In this document: piece after piece, positions 1-8,609 of the stretch
Layout of the letters: each line of letters begins with the position of its first letter
Position numbering within the stretch: position 1 is the first letter of the stretch
From: an uncultured virus (IMG/VR IMGVR_UViG_2675903231_000002)
Taxonomy: Duplodnaviria; Heunggongvirae; Uroviricota; Caudoviricetes
Direction: 5' to 3' (one strand)
IMG/VR virus record: IMGVR_UViG_2675903231_000002
DNA: 29,318 bases
The notes under the pieces: generated by a model
What the model saw: the letters and a program-made list of their open reading frames with translations, nothing else
Databases searched by the model: none
What the model was told of the DNA's origin: nothing
Made by a program: the position numbers and the translations under genes

Positions 1-61
1 CAACGAGGATCAGCCGTGTGCGTTCCGGGTCCACGACGCGAACCGGTTTTACTGTGCTCAT
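1..61 (-). CDS. ThiF/E1-like protein, N-terminal fragment (runs off the window)
   Basis: ATG at 61-59 overlaps the upstream stop (ATGA). It reads MSTVKPVRVVDPERTRLILV, then G as the first base of the next codon. This fits the first strand of a ThiF Rossmann fold, and the gene follows the JAB and E2 genes. Confidence 0.6.
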   Translation of the reverse strand, partial: MSTVKPVRVVDPERTRLILV

Positions 62-987
62 ACGGGGGTCACCACCGCAGTAATGGGACCGTCGAAGACG
101 GCCGAGGCCTCCACCTTGACGAACTTGCCGCCGCATGAGTACCGGAAGGCAAGAGTGGGCCTCTCCCGATCCGCTTCTCCAACTACCCCGTACAGACCCG
201 TTCGTACCTCGTCCTCGTCGTCTGTCGCTGACCAGTAGGCGGGTAGCCGGCCGTGCGAGTGGATGTGAGCGACCACGAAACGGTGTTCAGTTTCCATGAA
301 GCCCTCGCCTTGTACGGTGACGGCCGAGGCCTTTTGCTCGGGCCACACCACATCGTAGCCAATGTCGGTGTCGTACACGATGTACGCCAGGTGCTCAATG
401 TCCGGCTCGGACTGAAAGCGTTGCACAATCTCGCTCAGACACCAGACAGGAATTTTCGGTACGAACAGATGGAGCGGCGCACGCAGGCCCGTGCTTCCGT
501 ACACGGGTGCGGCGAAGATGCCTACTTGTGTTTGCCGAACCTCATAAACACGGCCATCCCTGTCGAGCAAGTAGTACACCGGGGGCACCGGCGGGGCCGG
601 CGGCTCCGTGTACACGGTGATCGCCGCCCCTTTCTTGTGGCCCTTGAGTACGGGTACGATGTGGCCCGTTTCCTTGTCATAGACCATCTCTGTGCGCTCT
701 TTCGTGAGCTCCGGGAAGGTCTGCTCCAGCCAGGCCCGTACATCCTCCAGTTTCATCGTCCGGCTGGGTACTTCGAGCCGGTGACCCGCGTAGTAGACCA
801 CACGATCAATTTCGTACTCGTCCGGTTCTGGTTCCTCAGCCGGTTTGGCTGTGGCCTTGGCAGACGTGGTACGCGTTGTCGGCTTCTTCACGGATTTCTC
901 TGGCTCCAGCACCTGTGGAATCAGGCCCTTGCGCTCGTCCTCCGGCAGAAGGTCGAAAATCGTGGTTTGCTGGATGTTCGTGTTCAT
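58..987 (-). CDS. Ubiquitin-like domain fused to a JAB/MPN metallopeptidase (PRTRC protein C + A-like)
   Basis: JAB motif E...HIHSH-x7-S-x2-D (HIHSHGRLPAYWSATDDEDE). Residues ~60-120 (YAGHRLEVP...EDVRAWLEQTFPEL...KKG) resemble PRTRC protein C. SD AAGGAG upstream. Confidence 0.8.
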   Translation of the reverse strand: MNTNIQQTTIFDLLPEDERKGLIPQVLEPEKSVKKPTTRTTSAKATAKPAEEPEPDEYEIDRVVYYAGHRLEVPSRTMKLEDVRAWLEQTFPELTKERTEMVYDKETGHIVPVLKGHKKGAAITVYTEPPAPPVPPVYYLLDRDGRVYEVRQTQVGIFAAPVYGSTGLRAPLHLFVPKIPVWCLSEIVQRFQSEPDIEHLAYIVYDTDIGYDVVWPEQKASAVTVQGEGFMETEHRFVVAHIHSHGRLPAYWSATDDEDEVRTGLYGVVGEADRERPTLAFRYSCGGKFVKVEASAVFDGPITAVVTPV

Positions 988-1016
988 GTTCCATGTCTCC
1001 TTTTGGTTTAGATGAT

Positions 1017-1754
1017 TTAGTACCGTTCGGCCCGGTATGCGTTGTGAAATTCAGGGACGGTTCTCCCGAACGGGATGAGCCATTCGTGGGAGATGCCCCC
1101 GTTAGCTTGGACGGCTTCTAAAAATGTGGCGTACTCCCTGTAGGGCGAGTTCTGGCTGGTTCCCACGCCGAATAGGTCGCGATTGTTGGGCGTACTGATG
1201 AATCCGAACACACCCCTGTTCACGACTTCGTGCAGCTCGCACACAGTGTTGTGCGTCCAGCACACGCGGCCGTCATCAAACACGTTAGAGTACGGCCAGC
1301 GGTACAACGGAGAAATCTCCGTGACCACGGAATCTGTCGTGACGGCAATTGAAAGACCGATAAGCTGTTTTGTATGCAAGGTCCAGCGGGCCCGGTAGAC
1401 TATCGTCGGGATGTGCACCAGATACGAAGCGCCCTGATACACCATCGGATACTCGGTCGCCGGCACGTATCCCGTGAGGATGACATCTGTCCAACGGGAG
1501 CACTCCGCGATATCAACCATGAGTGTCCGATCCGGCAAACGTGGCAGTTTGGTGACTCGCAAGTCGGCCACCTTGAGTTGCTCAACCACCATGGACCGAT
1601 CCAACAGGGTAAGCAGCTGGTGCCACCCTACCGTTTTGTAGTGAGTGACGCCGTTTGCCCTAATCTCGAGTTCCGGAAGCTTGTCCGGTTCGAGTTTGAG
1701 AATCAGAGCGTCGGCGGCCTCCTTACCTTTCGTGTGGAGGCTTACGGTGTTCAT
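1017..1754 (-). CDS. Prokaryotic E2 (family D / PRTRC protein B-like)
   Basis: LYRWPYSNVFDDGRVCW motif with the putative catalytic Cys. SD GGAGGTG. Adjacent to JAB and ThiF genes. Confidence 0.8.
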   Translation of the reverse strand: MNTVSLHTKGKEAADALILKLEPDKLPELEIRANGVTHYKTVGWHQLLTLLDRSMVVEQLKVADLRVTKLPRLPDRTLMVDIAECSRWTDVILTGYVPATEYPMVYQGASYLVHIPTIVYRARWTLHTKQLIGLSIAVTTDSVVTEISPLYRWPYSNVFDDGRVCWTHNTVCELHEVVNRGVFGFISTPNNRDLFGVGTSQNSPYREYATFLEAVQANGGISHEWLIPFGRTVPEFHNAYRAERY

Positions 1755-2274
1755 AAAATTGCTTCACCTCCCAGGCACTTAGGATCACGTCCCAAGCGGC
1801 CATGATGTCGTCTGTTAATGCTTCGGGCAGAACCCATATGAAGTGCGGCTCTTCGATGGTGTCGCTCAGGCCAATGCGCGATTGCACCGTACGTTGCGCG
1901 CACCACCAGATGAAATGCCGCCATTCGGCGACCTGTTGCGGATCTTGGCCCTTGATGATGATCACGCAACCGATGTCGTACACGACTTCCTCGTCGTGGA
2001 CATCACCTTCAAGCCAGTGGCAATGTGCCCACATCTCGTCGTCGGCAGATACGAAGATTACTTCGCTGGTCAGACCCGGAGCGAGCAGACGCAGCATGAT
2101 CTCCAACTGCGCGTCGTAGATCTGATCTCCCGGGCCGTTCATGTCCATCCCATACGGCCAGCCCAGGTTATCGATCTCCGCGACGAAGCCTGTTCGGCGA
2201 AGGAACCGTCGCAGAAAGTCGAGGTGCACCAGACCTTCGGCCAGATGCTGACGCAGTTCGTCGTCGAGGATCAT
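1723..2274 (-). CDS. Hypothetical acidic protein in the PRTRC-like cassette
   Basis: Start re-assigned to ATG 2274 (MILDDEL), which has SD GAGGAG and an ATGA overlap with the upstream stop. Confidence 0.7.
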   Translation of the reverse strand: MILDDELRQHLAEGLVHLDFLRRFLRRTGFVAEIDNLGWPYGMDMNGPGDQIYDAQLEIMLRLLAPGLTSEVIFVSADDEMWAHCHWLEGDVHDEEVVYDIGCVIIIKGQDPQQVAEWRHFIWWCAQRTVQSRIGLSDTIEEPHFIWVLPEALTDDIMAAWDVILSAWEVKQFYEHRKPPHER

Positions 2275-2603
2275 ATGAACTCCTCCCCGACCGACGGGTC
2301 CGGTACGGATGGCAATCTGGTGCACTCGGACAACAGTTCATCCCACACTGTGTCGTCCAAGCGCATTTGCGCCATGTCCCGCAACGGGTCTCCGTAGTCA
2401 TCGTGATGGAGGATCTCCCAAGCAACAGCTAGGGTTTCATCCGTGAGGTTGAGGATGTACTCCGCAGCAAGATCCTCGTCGATCATGCGACGGAGGAATT
2501 CTTCCGCAGCTTGAATGAGGTTGGCGTACTCCGGGGATGGTTGTGGCAACTCTTGTATGGTGGCCACGAACTGGTCCCAGTGCAGCGTAATGTGGCGTTC
2601 CAA
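2271..2603 (-). CDS. Small, very acidic hypothetical protein
   Basis: TTG start with SD AAAGGAG. 110 aa with about 25 D/E, 6 R and no K. Confidence 0.75.
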   Translation of the reverse strand: MERHITLHWDQFVATIQELPQPSPEYANLIQAAEEFLRRMIDEDLAAEYILNLTDETLAVAWEILHHDDYGDPLRDMAQMRLDDTVWDELLSECTRLPSVPDPSVGEEFI

Positions 2604-2690
2604 GAGGTTTCACTCCTTTGCCCATCCCCGTTGTCACGGGGGATGGGCGAATTTATCCCCACGTGACTCGGGTGTGGTGCAAAGGATGAG
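2604..2690 (-). promoter_or_regulatory. Long intergenic hairpin sequestering the SD, with an alternative hairpin
   Basis: TCATCCTTTGC just after the helicase stop pairs with GCAAAGGAGTGA. The alternative GCCCATCCCC/GGGGATGGGC hairpin leaves the SD free. Confidence 0.7.
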
Positions 2691-5600
2691 TTAGAGGGCG
2701 AACAACATGATCTGGTTGTCCGCTACGGACTGCTTCTTCACCCGCTTCGCCTTCTCGACCATACCCATTTGCTTCCGCCACTCACCGTACGTCAGCAGCG
2801 GCGTCGCTTCCTGGGCCACGGTTGCCTTGGCGACAGGCTTGCGGTGCGTTCCCTGGACATCTTGCGCCTCTTGAGCGACCGCGAACAGTGGAAGTGCGAT
2901 GACTTCCGCATCGGCCGGCGCATGTTGAACAGGCCGCGGCGTTGGTGCGGCCGGCACCGGCTGGATGGTCTCCTCCGGTTCAGGCACACCTGCCAAGCGC
3001 CGTGTCTCTGACGCCAGTCGACGCATCGCCTGCTGAATCTCGCGCTTGAAGCGCTCTTCGGCCAGCAGGATGACCCCGCTTGGAATGTCCTTGTCGGCGA
3101 GCGTCTTCCACTTCTGCGCCAGGTCCTCCACGTTCCCGAGGCAGTTGGCAATGGCGTAGGTCGAGGCCGATTTGTCGTCCTGCTCGATGAACTGCGCGAC
3201 TTCGGACTTGTCGAGACGGCCTTCCAAGAGCATCGCGTGGCTGCGTTTTTGCAGCATGCGCTTGAACTGAACCATCTCGTACGAGCCGTTGTAAACGTAG
3301 TAGTACACCTTGCAGGTGCGGTGTTGGCCAATCCGCCAGGCCCTGCGGGCAGCTTGCCGCATGGTCGCGATCTCGTCGGTGAACTGGTAGAACATCAGCG
3401 TCGGGCAATCGAGCAGGTCAAGGCCCACTTCTACCAGCTTGGCATTGCAGACCACAACCTGCGTTCCCTTTTTCACTGCTTCCTCCAGCCACTCAACGCG
3501 ATCCTCCGGTGAGACGGTCGCCTGCAAGACTTGGGCGCGTATGCCATGTTGCTTGAGCACATCGGCAATACGCCGGTCCTGCTGGACTTCCCCGCTGTAC
3601 CGGACGTATACCACGCAGCGACGGTTTTGCGCCAACTCGGCTTGGATGTCCTCCAGCAGACGCCGTTCTTTCGCGGTCAGTTCGTCCGGACCATACGGCG
3701 GGAAGAAACTGACGGACTCATCCCCCACCCACACTTCTTGCGGCATATGCGGCTGGTTCGCCGCATTTACCACGGACGGGATGAATTTCGCGAAGGCGTG
3801 TTGGTTGCCGATCGCATATTGCTGGCGCATGACGCCTTCAAGGGCGTTATGGAAGGACCGGTACGCCACGGCGTGTTCGTCGTCCATGTCCACGAAGATC
3901 GGTCGTTCCTCCAATTCCACCAATGGCAGGCCCATGTCGCCCAGTTCCAGAAACACCGTCTTGTCCGCCAAGTGATTGACGAACAGCTTGGGCGAAAGAC
4001 CCGGGATTTCCTTTGGCGGATTGAGGATGACCTTTCTGGACGTGGTACCGCCGGCTTCAGTTACTTCGTCCGCCGCATACCGACCGCGCTGCTCCAGCGT
4101 GCCGTACAGGTGCACGAATTTGTTGAGCGAACGGTGGTCCAGGCCATCCGCTTTCATCTCGGCCGGGCAGATGCGCCACAGCAGATGGTACAGGCTTGAG
4201 GCCTTGCCGTCGCTGAGCGTGCCCGTGAGGCCCAGAACGCGCCGGCTTGCGCCGACAATCGCACCCATCGCCTCACCCTGGCCCGAGTTGCTTTTGTACT
4301 GGTGCAGCTCATCCACGATCACCAGGTCGAAGTATCCGCGCAGGTATCGTTGGATGAACCATGCCGGTTGCAGACGACGGTGTTTGAGCCCGCTGACGGG
4401 TTCTCGCTCGGGCACCGCGTCGCGCATCAGGTTCGCGCCACACTCTGTGCAGTGGTATTCCGTGATGGACTTTTTGAACACGTAACGCGTTCTGCGGCGT
4501 TCCGTACCACCTATGCCAACCGCGGTGTACTCTTCCACCCCTGTGGCAAGGTCGGAGAAGCCGAGTTTCAGTTCCGCCAGCTGGTCCTCCACGCAGTCGT
4601 GTTTCTTGGCCTCTTTCCAAGCGGTCTGCGTGGTCTTCTTCTGAATGCCGTGGCATTCAGGGCAGATCCACACGTCCTCAAGCGCAAACACGGTGATTGC
4701 AGCATCCGGCGTGCCCGGCATGTATTTGACCGCGCCGCCGTGGGCAACCAATACGGTCTTTCGGTTCTTCTCGTCCTTGGTCTCGGGCCTCTGTGCCACT
4801 ATGACACGCTCCTTGTAGATGAGCGCGGGCACTTTCGGCATTCCGAGTTTCGCGGTGTCACGGGACAACAGGACGAATTCCAACGGTTTTTTACCGTTTC
4901 GAACCTCATTGTCCCGATAACGCACGACGTCCTTCCAGGACTCGAACACCGTCACCGGTGTGCCCGGGAGCGTCTTACCGATCTCGTCCCGAATCCATTT
5001 GGGAATGGTGATACCGGGAACGAGAAGCAATACCGCAAATCCACGCTTGGAACGTTCGGCCAAGGCCTTCGCGGTGGCGAGACTGATGATTGACTTGCCC
5101 GTCCCCATGTCGGACGAGACAATCACGCCCTTGCTCTGCTCCAGACCGTTGAGAATCGCCTGTACGGTATGTGCTTGGGCCGGGAACGGAACCCGTGCCA
5201 TCTGCGCAATCGCAGGGTTGATCGGACGGTCCAGGTCGTGCGCTGGCGTGGCCATGTCCTCGATGGTGGTGGCCAGGTGAGGCGCGTACGCCTGAAGATA
5301 ATCAATCACGTGGTACTCGCCATTTTCGTCCGGGTTCAGCACTTCCCCCAGGGCTGGCGCATCCGTCAAACCTTCCGGGAGCTGAATCGAACCAGAGCGA
5401 AGCAAGTCGCTCAGCAAATTCTTGGCCGCTTCCTCCGTCAGGTTCGGCGAGACTTCAAACGCCTGCACGTGCTTCCAGTCCGGCACGTCAGGGTCGCTCC
5501 AAACCGAGAGCTGCTGCACAAAGTTGCGCCTGTTGCACGCCAGCCAGATGACGTCCTTCCACTCCGCAACGTACGGAAGGTTGAAATCGCCTGCGAAGCG

Positions 5601-5978
5601 TCGCATGAAAAGGTCGGCGATATCTCCACCGTCCGGTACGATGAGAATGCGGGACTGTTCTGGCGCCAACTGCTCATCCACAGCCGACTTGTGCAGGATG
5701 ATCGCGTGCGTGAGCTTGCCGATGGGCCGCGTCACGAACCGATATCCGTGCTTGTCTGTGAAGATGTTGTCGGAATCAAAGCTCGACCGATTCCGCTTCA
5801 AACGCAGCCGGCTTCCCTTAATCGCGTGCGCCACAATGGCTCGGGTCGCACTATCCAGGTCAATGAGGCCTGCAGCGACGAGATCGTCACCGTTGCGTTG
5901 AAAGTTCCGGCGGGTCACGATGAAGTGCACCGCCGCCTCGACGTAATGCTTGTCGTCGCTGTAAACGAGTGTCTTCAC
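2691..5978 (-). CDS. SNF2-like superfamily 2 helicase with a Zn-ribbon insertion
   Basis: Walker A SDMGTGKS, DELH, motif III LTGT and motif VI QAARRAWRIGQ. CPEC and CTEC pairs lie between motifs I and II. Confidence 0.9.
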   Translation of the reverse strand: MKTLVYSDDKHYVEAAVHFIVTRRNFQRNGDDLVAAGLIDLDSATRAIVAHAIKGSRLRLKRNRSSFDSDNIFTDKHGYRFVTRPIGKLTHAIILHKSAVDEQLAPEQSRILIVPDGGDIADLFMRRFAGDFNLPYVAEWKDVIWLACNRRNFVQQLSVWSDPDVPDWKHVQAFEVSPNLTEEAAKNLLSDLLRSGSIQLPEGLTDAPALGEVLNPDENGEYHVIDYLQAYAPHLATTIEDMATPAHDLDRPINPAIAQMARVPFPAQAHTVQAILNGLEQSKGVIVSSDMGTGKSIISLATAKALAERSKRGFAVLLLVPGITIPKWIRDEIGKTLPGTPVTVFESWKDVVRYRDNEVRNGKKPLEFVLLSRDTAKLGMPKVPALIYKERVIVAQRPETKDEKNRKTVLVAHGGAVKYMPGTPDAAITVFALEDVWICPECHGIQKKTTQTAWKEAKKHDCVEDQLAELKLGFSDLATGVEEYTAVGIGGTERRRTRYVFKKSITEYHCTECGANLMRDAVPEREPVSGLKHRRLQPAWFIQRYLRGYFDLVIVDELHQYKSNSGQGEAMGAIVGASRRVLGLTGTLSDGKASSLYHLLWRICPAEMKADGLDHRSLNKFVHLYGTLEQRGRYAADEVTEAGGTTSRKVILNPPKEIPGLSPKLFVNHLADKTVFLELGDMGLPLVELEERPIFVDMDDEHAVAYRSFHNALEGVMRQQYAIGNQHAFAKFIPSVVNAANQPHMPQEVWVGDESVSFFPPYGPDELTAKERRLLEDIQAELAQNRRCVVYVRYSGEVQQDRRIADVLKQHGIRAQVLQATVSPEDRVEWLEEAVKKGTQVVVCNAKLVEVGLDLLDCPTLMFYQFTDEIATMRQAARRAWRIGQHRTCKVYYYVYNGSYEMVQFKRMLQKRSHAMLLEGRLDKSEVAQFIEQDDKSASTYAIANCLGNVEDLAQKWKTLADKDIPSGVILLAEERFKREIQQAMRRLASETRRLAGVPEPEETIQPVPAAPTPRPVQHAPADAEVIALPLFAVAQEAQDVQGTHRKPVAKATVAQEATPLLTYGEWRKQMGMVEKAKRVKKQSVADNQIMLFAL

Positions 5979-6053
5979 GCCATGCGCCCAGCGTGCACCA
6001 CGTCCGGGGCTTCGGCCCCGGTTTCGTGATGCACCGGGGCTTTCGCCTCCTTT
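5979..6053 (-). promoter_or_regulatory. Alternating inverted-repeat switch upstream of the helicase
   Basis: GCCCCGGT/ACCGGGGC competes with GTGCATCACG..CCGGGGC/GCCCCGG.CGTGGTGCAC. Confidence 0.7.
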
Positions 6054-6080
6054 GCGTGGTGATTTATGCAGGTCGCGTGG

Positions 6081-7130
6081 TCACTGCAAGTCCAAAATCG
6101 TCCCGTCCGGCTGGATGGTCCGCACCGCGGTCACGTAGGATTCGGTGTCGATGATGGTCTCCGACCCGTCGTCGTTTACCACCACTTCGCGCTCAACGAT
6201 TTTCCGCGTCATGCCGACGACCATGTGCCTGTTCTCGCCTACACCGACCGCGCCATTGAGCGCACCGGCCGCGATGAGCGTGGCCATGTGCGTGCGCCGA
6301 AACGGCAAGAGTGGGCGGCGCAGCGTTGAACCTGTGTCGATGGGCATGAGCATGTTGGCCGCCACCTTGAATGCTTCGGACTGTGCGAGATCGAGCCGCA
6401 GTTCTGCTTCATCGAGGATGTATCCCCGGAACAGAATTTGCGTGTCGATGTTCTCCGCAGTAGGCACCGTCCAACGTCGGCCGTCCGGTGCGTCCAGGTA
6501 CGGCATTGGCAGGTTCTCGTCTTTGCCGTAGGCCAAAAGCTCATTTTTGACTTGGCGATCGGCTTCGGTCATCTCCTTGGAACTGGTGAGATTCCGTTGA
6601 CGGCGACGCCCGAAGACCACAACCTGTTTGAAAGCCTTGTACTCGTCATCATCGAACCGGTACACGGCCAAGTCGGTGTAACGGTGAACCAGTGTGCTCA
6701 CCATTTCTGAACCGAGCGTGTACCGCGGGATGATGTACACAAGCACGCCATCCGGAGCCAGGTATTTCGTCAAGTCCTTCAGGAAAATGAGTTCCTTGCG
6801 GAATATCTCCCCTCCGAGACCCGACTGCGAATCGTACGGCGGGTTGAGCCACATCAGCTGCATGCCGGCAGGTTCAACACGGGCCCATTCGTATCCGCAA
6901 TGCACAACCTGGTCAAGTTGCTCCTTCGCCTTCAGCGCGCGCTGTCCATCGAGTTCGATTCCGTATGTCACCGCGTCCAAGGGTGCAACCGACGCCAGTG
7001 CCTCACCTTCGCCGCAGCACGGGTCGAACCAGCGTGCGGGGCCTGACGAAACAAGGCGGTCGCGAATCTTCTCCACCATGTTGAGCGGAGTCGGATAGTA
7101 CCCCATCTTCGCGATACCTGCGTAGCGCAT
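6081..7130 (-). CDS. SAM-dependent DNA amino-methyltransferase (DUF6094-like)
   Basis: Motifs GYYPTP, FDPCCGEG (motif I), YGIELD and LNPPY (motif IV). Start re-assigned to ATG 7130 (MRYAGIAKMG). Confidence 0.88.
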   Translation of the reverse strand: MRYAGIAKMGYYPTPLNMVEKIRDRLVSSGPARWFDPCCGEGEALASVAPLDAVTYGIELDGQRALKAKEQLDQVVHCGYEWARVEPAGMQLMWLNPPYDSQSGLGGEIFRKELIFLKDLTKYLAPDGVLVYIIPRYTLGSEMVSTLVHRYTDLAVYRFDDDEYKAFKQVVVFGRRRQRNLTSSKEMTEADRQVKNELLAYGKDENLPMPYLDAPDGRRWTVPTAENIDTQILFRGYILDEAELRLDLAQSEAFKVAANMLMPIDTGSTLRRPLLPFRRTHMATLIAAGALNGAVGVGENRHMVVGMTRKIVEREVVVNDDGSETIIDTESYVTAVRTIQPDGTILDLQ

Positions 7131-7169
7131 GGCATCCCTCGCGTCTGGCGCTTGGAACGTGGAGGCATC

Positions 7170-7212
7170 CCCCCTCCGTCCCAAACGTGTAGACGGAGGG
7201 GTTCACCTCCTT
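7170..7212. repeat. Direct repeat copy 1 (palindromic, 43 bp)
   Basis: CCCCCTCCGTCCCAAACGTGTAGACGGAGGGGTTCACCTCCTT. It differs from 7504-7547 only in the hairpin loop. Confidence 0.95.
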
Positions 7213-7217
7213 TGTAT

Positions 7218-7469
7218 TCAGTCGTAAAAGTCTGTCGTTTCGTCGCTTCTCCGATTGGAACGGTCCGGCACCACGCGGAGTCCAAAAATACCTTTGGCGA
7301 AAAACGCGATGCCAACCCCTAGAAGGACGATACTAAAGTTATCACATGCCATTTCCTGTGCAGACTTAGGAAACATGTTCCACCCAAAATACCATGTTTC
7401 GAGTGTGTTAAACACTAATGCCAGAAGCATTAGAGCCAACCCAATCCATATCAGAGTCTTGGCTCTCAT
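7218..7469 (-). CDS. Small two-TM membrane protein
   Basis: ATG 7469 with SD AGGGAGG. Two hydrophobic helices. Visibly more AT-rich than the flanking genes. Confidence 0.8.
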   Translation of the reverse strand: MRAKTLIWIGLALMLLALVFNTLETWYFGWNMFPKSAQEMACDNFSIVLLGVGIAFFAKGIFGLRVVPDRSNRRSDETTDFYD

Positions 7470-7503
7470 CGTTGTATCCTCCCTTGGTATGACGCGGAAG
7501 GAT

Positions 7504-7547
7504 CCCCCTCCGTCCCAAGCGTGCAAGACGGAGGGGTTCACCTCCTT
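7504..7547. repeat. Direct repeat copy 2 (palindromic, 44 bp)
   Basis: CCCCCTCCGTCCCAAGCGTGCAAGACGGAGGGGTTCACCTCCTT. Confidence 0.95.
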
Positions 7548-7559
7548 GGTTTTACTGAT

Positions 7560-7784
7560 TCAGCGCCCTTCCCCACGTTTTGACCGAGCCAACAAGTCAG
7601 AACGTCGAAAGTCCATGTACTTGCTCAGCTCAATTTTCAGGGCTTCAATCTCCGAAGGGGTGAGCTCAGATGTGTCCAGGTCGATGAACACAGACCTCGC
7701 GTCTTCAAAAACCCCTTCTAATTCTTGTTCCACTTGTGGTAACCGTTCACTGGTCCGCATGTTGCCGACACGTGGACGAGCCAA
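7560..7784 (-). CDS. Small hypothetical protein
   Basis: TTG start with SD AAAGGAG. Co-oriented and fills the gap between neighbours. Confidence 0.65.
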   Translation of the reverse strand: MARPRVGNMRTSERLPQVEQELEGVFEDARSVFIDLDTSELTPSEIEALKIELSKYMDFRRSDLLARSKRGEGR

Positions 7785-7850
7785 TGAGACATCTCCTTTG
7801 TGCCTATACCGGGTTAAATCGCACCGGCGTAGCGAATGATGTAATGGTGT

Positions 7851-8093
7851 TCAGCGCACGAATGCTCTCGGGTGCCAAACCGGTTCTGTTGAGACCGGCT
7901 TAACCAGCCTCAGCCTCGGAAATTCGGGCTGATCGGGTGTTGTGACGGGTGTTGCGATCGCAGCCTCTCCGCTTACCGACACCCGACGCCAACGACTGAG
8001 CCGGTTCAACCGTCTCTCCACCTTGGCCACAAACCGTCCGTACCAGCTATCCGTGCACTCTGTCCACAACAGTCCGTCCGCTATTGCTCTCAT
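7851..8093 (-). CDS. Small basic hypothetical protein
   Basis: ATG with SD GAGAGGGG. Co-oriented. Confidence 0.6.
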   Translation of the reverse strand: MRAIADGLLWTECTDSWYGRFVAKVERRLNRLSRWRRVSVSGEAAIATPVTTPDQPEFPRLRLVKPVSTEPVWHPRAFVR

Positions 8094-8185
8094 TTTCGTC
8101 CCCTCTCGCCCTGCAAGTAGGGGACGTAGAAGGCTTGCGCCCTCTGTCCCCTAGCTTGCAGACAGAGGGCTTAGCCCCCTTTTCG
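8094..8185 (-). promoter_or_regulatory. Alternating inverted-repeat switch
   Basis: GCCCTCTGTC/GACAGAGGGC plus CGTCCCCT/AGGGGACG (hides the SD) compete with CTGCAAGCTAGGGGAC/GTCCCCTACTTGCAG. Confidence 0.75.
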
Positions 8186-8192
8186 ATTGATG

Positions 8193-8585
8193 TTATCGGT
8201 CGATCTGCTCCGCGATGTACTCGAGTTGCTCAAGCAGTTCTCGGTTGTTGAGCAGCTGAATTGACCATGGGGCCCAAAATACGCGGCTTGCTGCCTCACA
8301 CCAACGCTTCATGTCGTTCACAAGATCATGCTCGATCCCATACGCGAACGTGTGAATTGCGTCGGTCATTTCCTGGAACGACTTTACTTTTTGCTGCAGA
8401 ACCGTGTCTGGAATCCAAACAAACTTCCACCGGCCATCAGCTTCAATAACGTACCCGTATTTCTCATGCACGAGGGTCAGCACGGGGCTGTCGTAGGTGT
8501 ACGACCATCCCCGTTGGAATAGATCGTCCAGGGCTTGCAGCGTTTCAGGAGATGGTTTCTGGAGCTTACTTGTGTCTCGTTCCAT
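8193..8585 (-). CDS. Hypothetical protein
   Basis: ATG with SD GAGGAGGAG. 130 aa. Confidence 0.75.
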   Translation of the reverse strand: MERDTSKLQKPSPETLQALDDLFQRGWSYTYDSPVLTLVHEKYGYVIEADGRWKFVWIPDTVLQQKVKSFQEMTDAIHTFAYGIEHDLVNDMKRWCEAASRVFWAPWSIQLLNNRELLEQLEYIAEQIDR

Positions 8586-8609
8586 GCGCCAGTCTCCTCC
8601 TCAAAATGG

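Noticed and set aside
7003..7541. ORF-track starts 'MNPSV...' at 7206 and 7541
   Set aside because: The GTG is part of the GGAGGTG tract within the repeat. Better starts are at 7130 and 7469.
7170..7547. Palindromic direct repeats as a CRISPR array
   Set aside because: Only two copies about 290 bp apart with a gene between them, and no cas genes.
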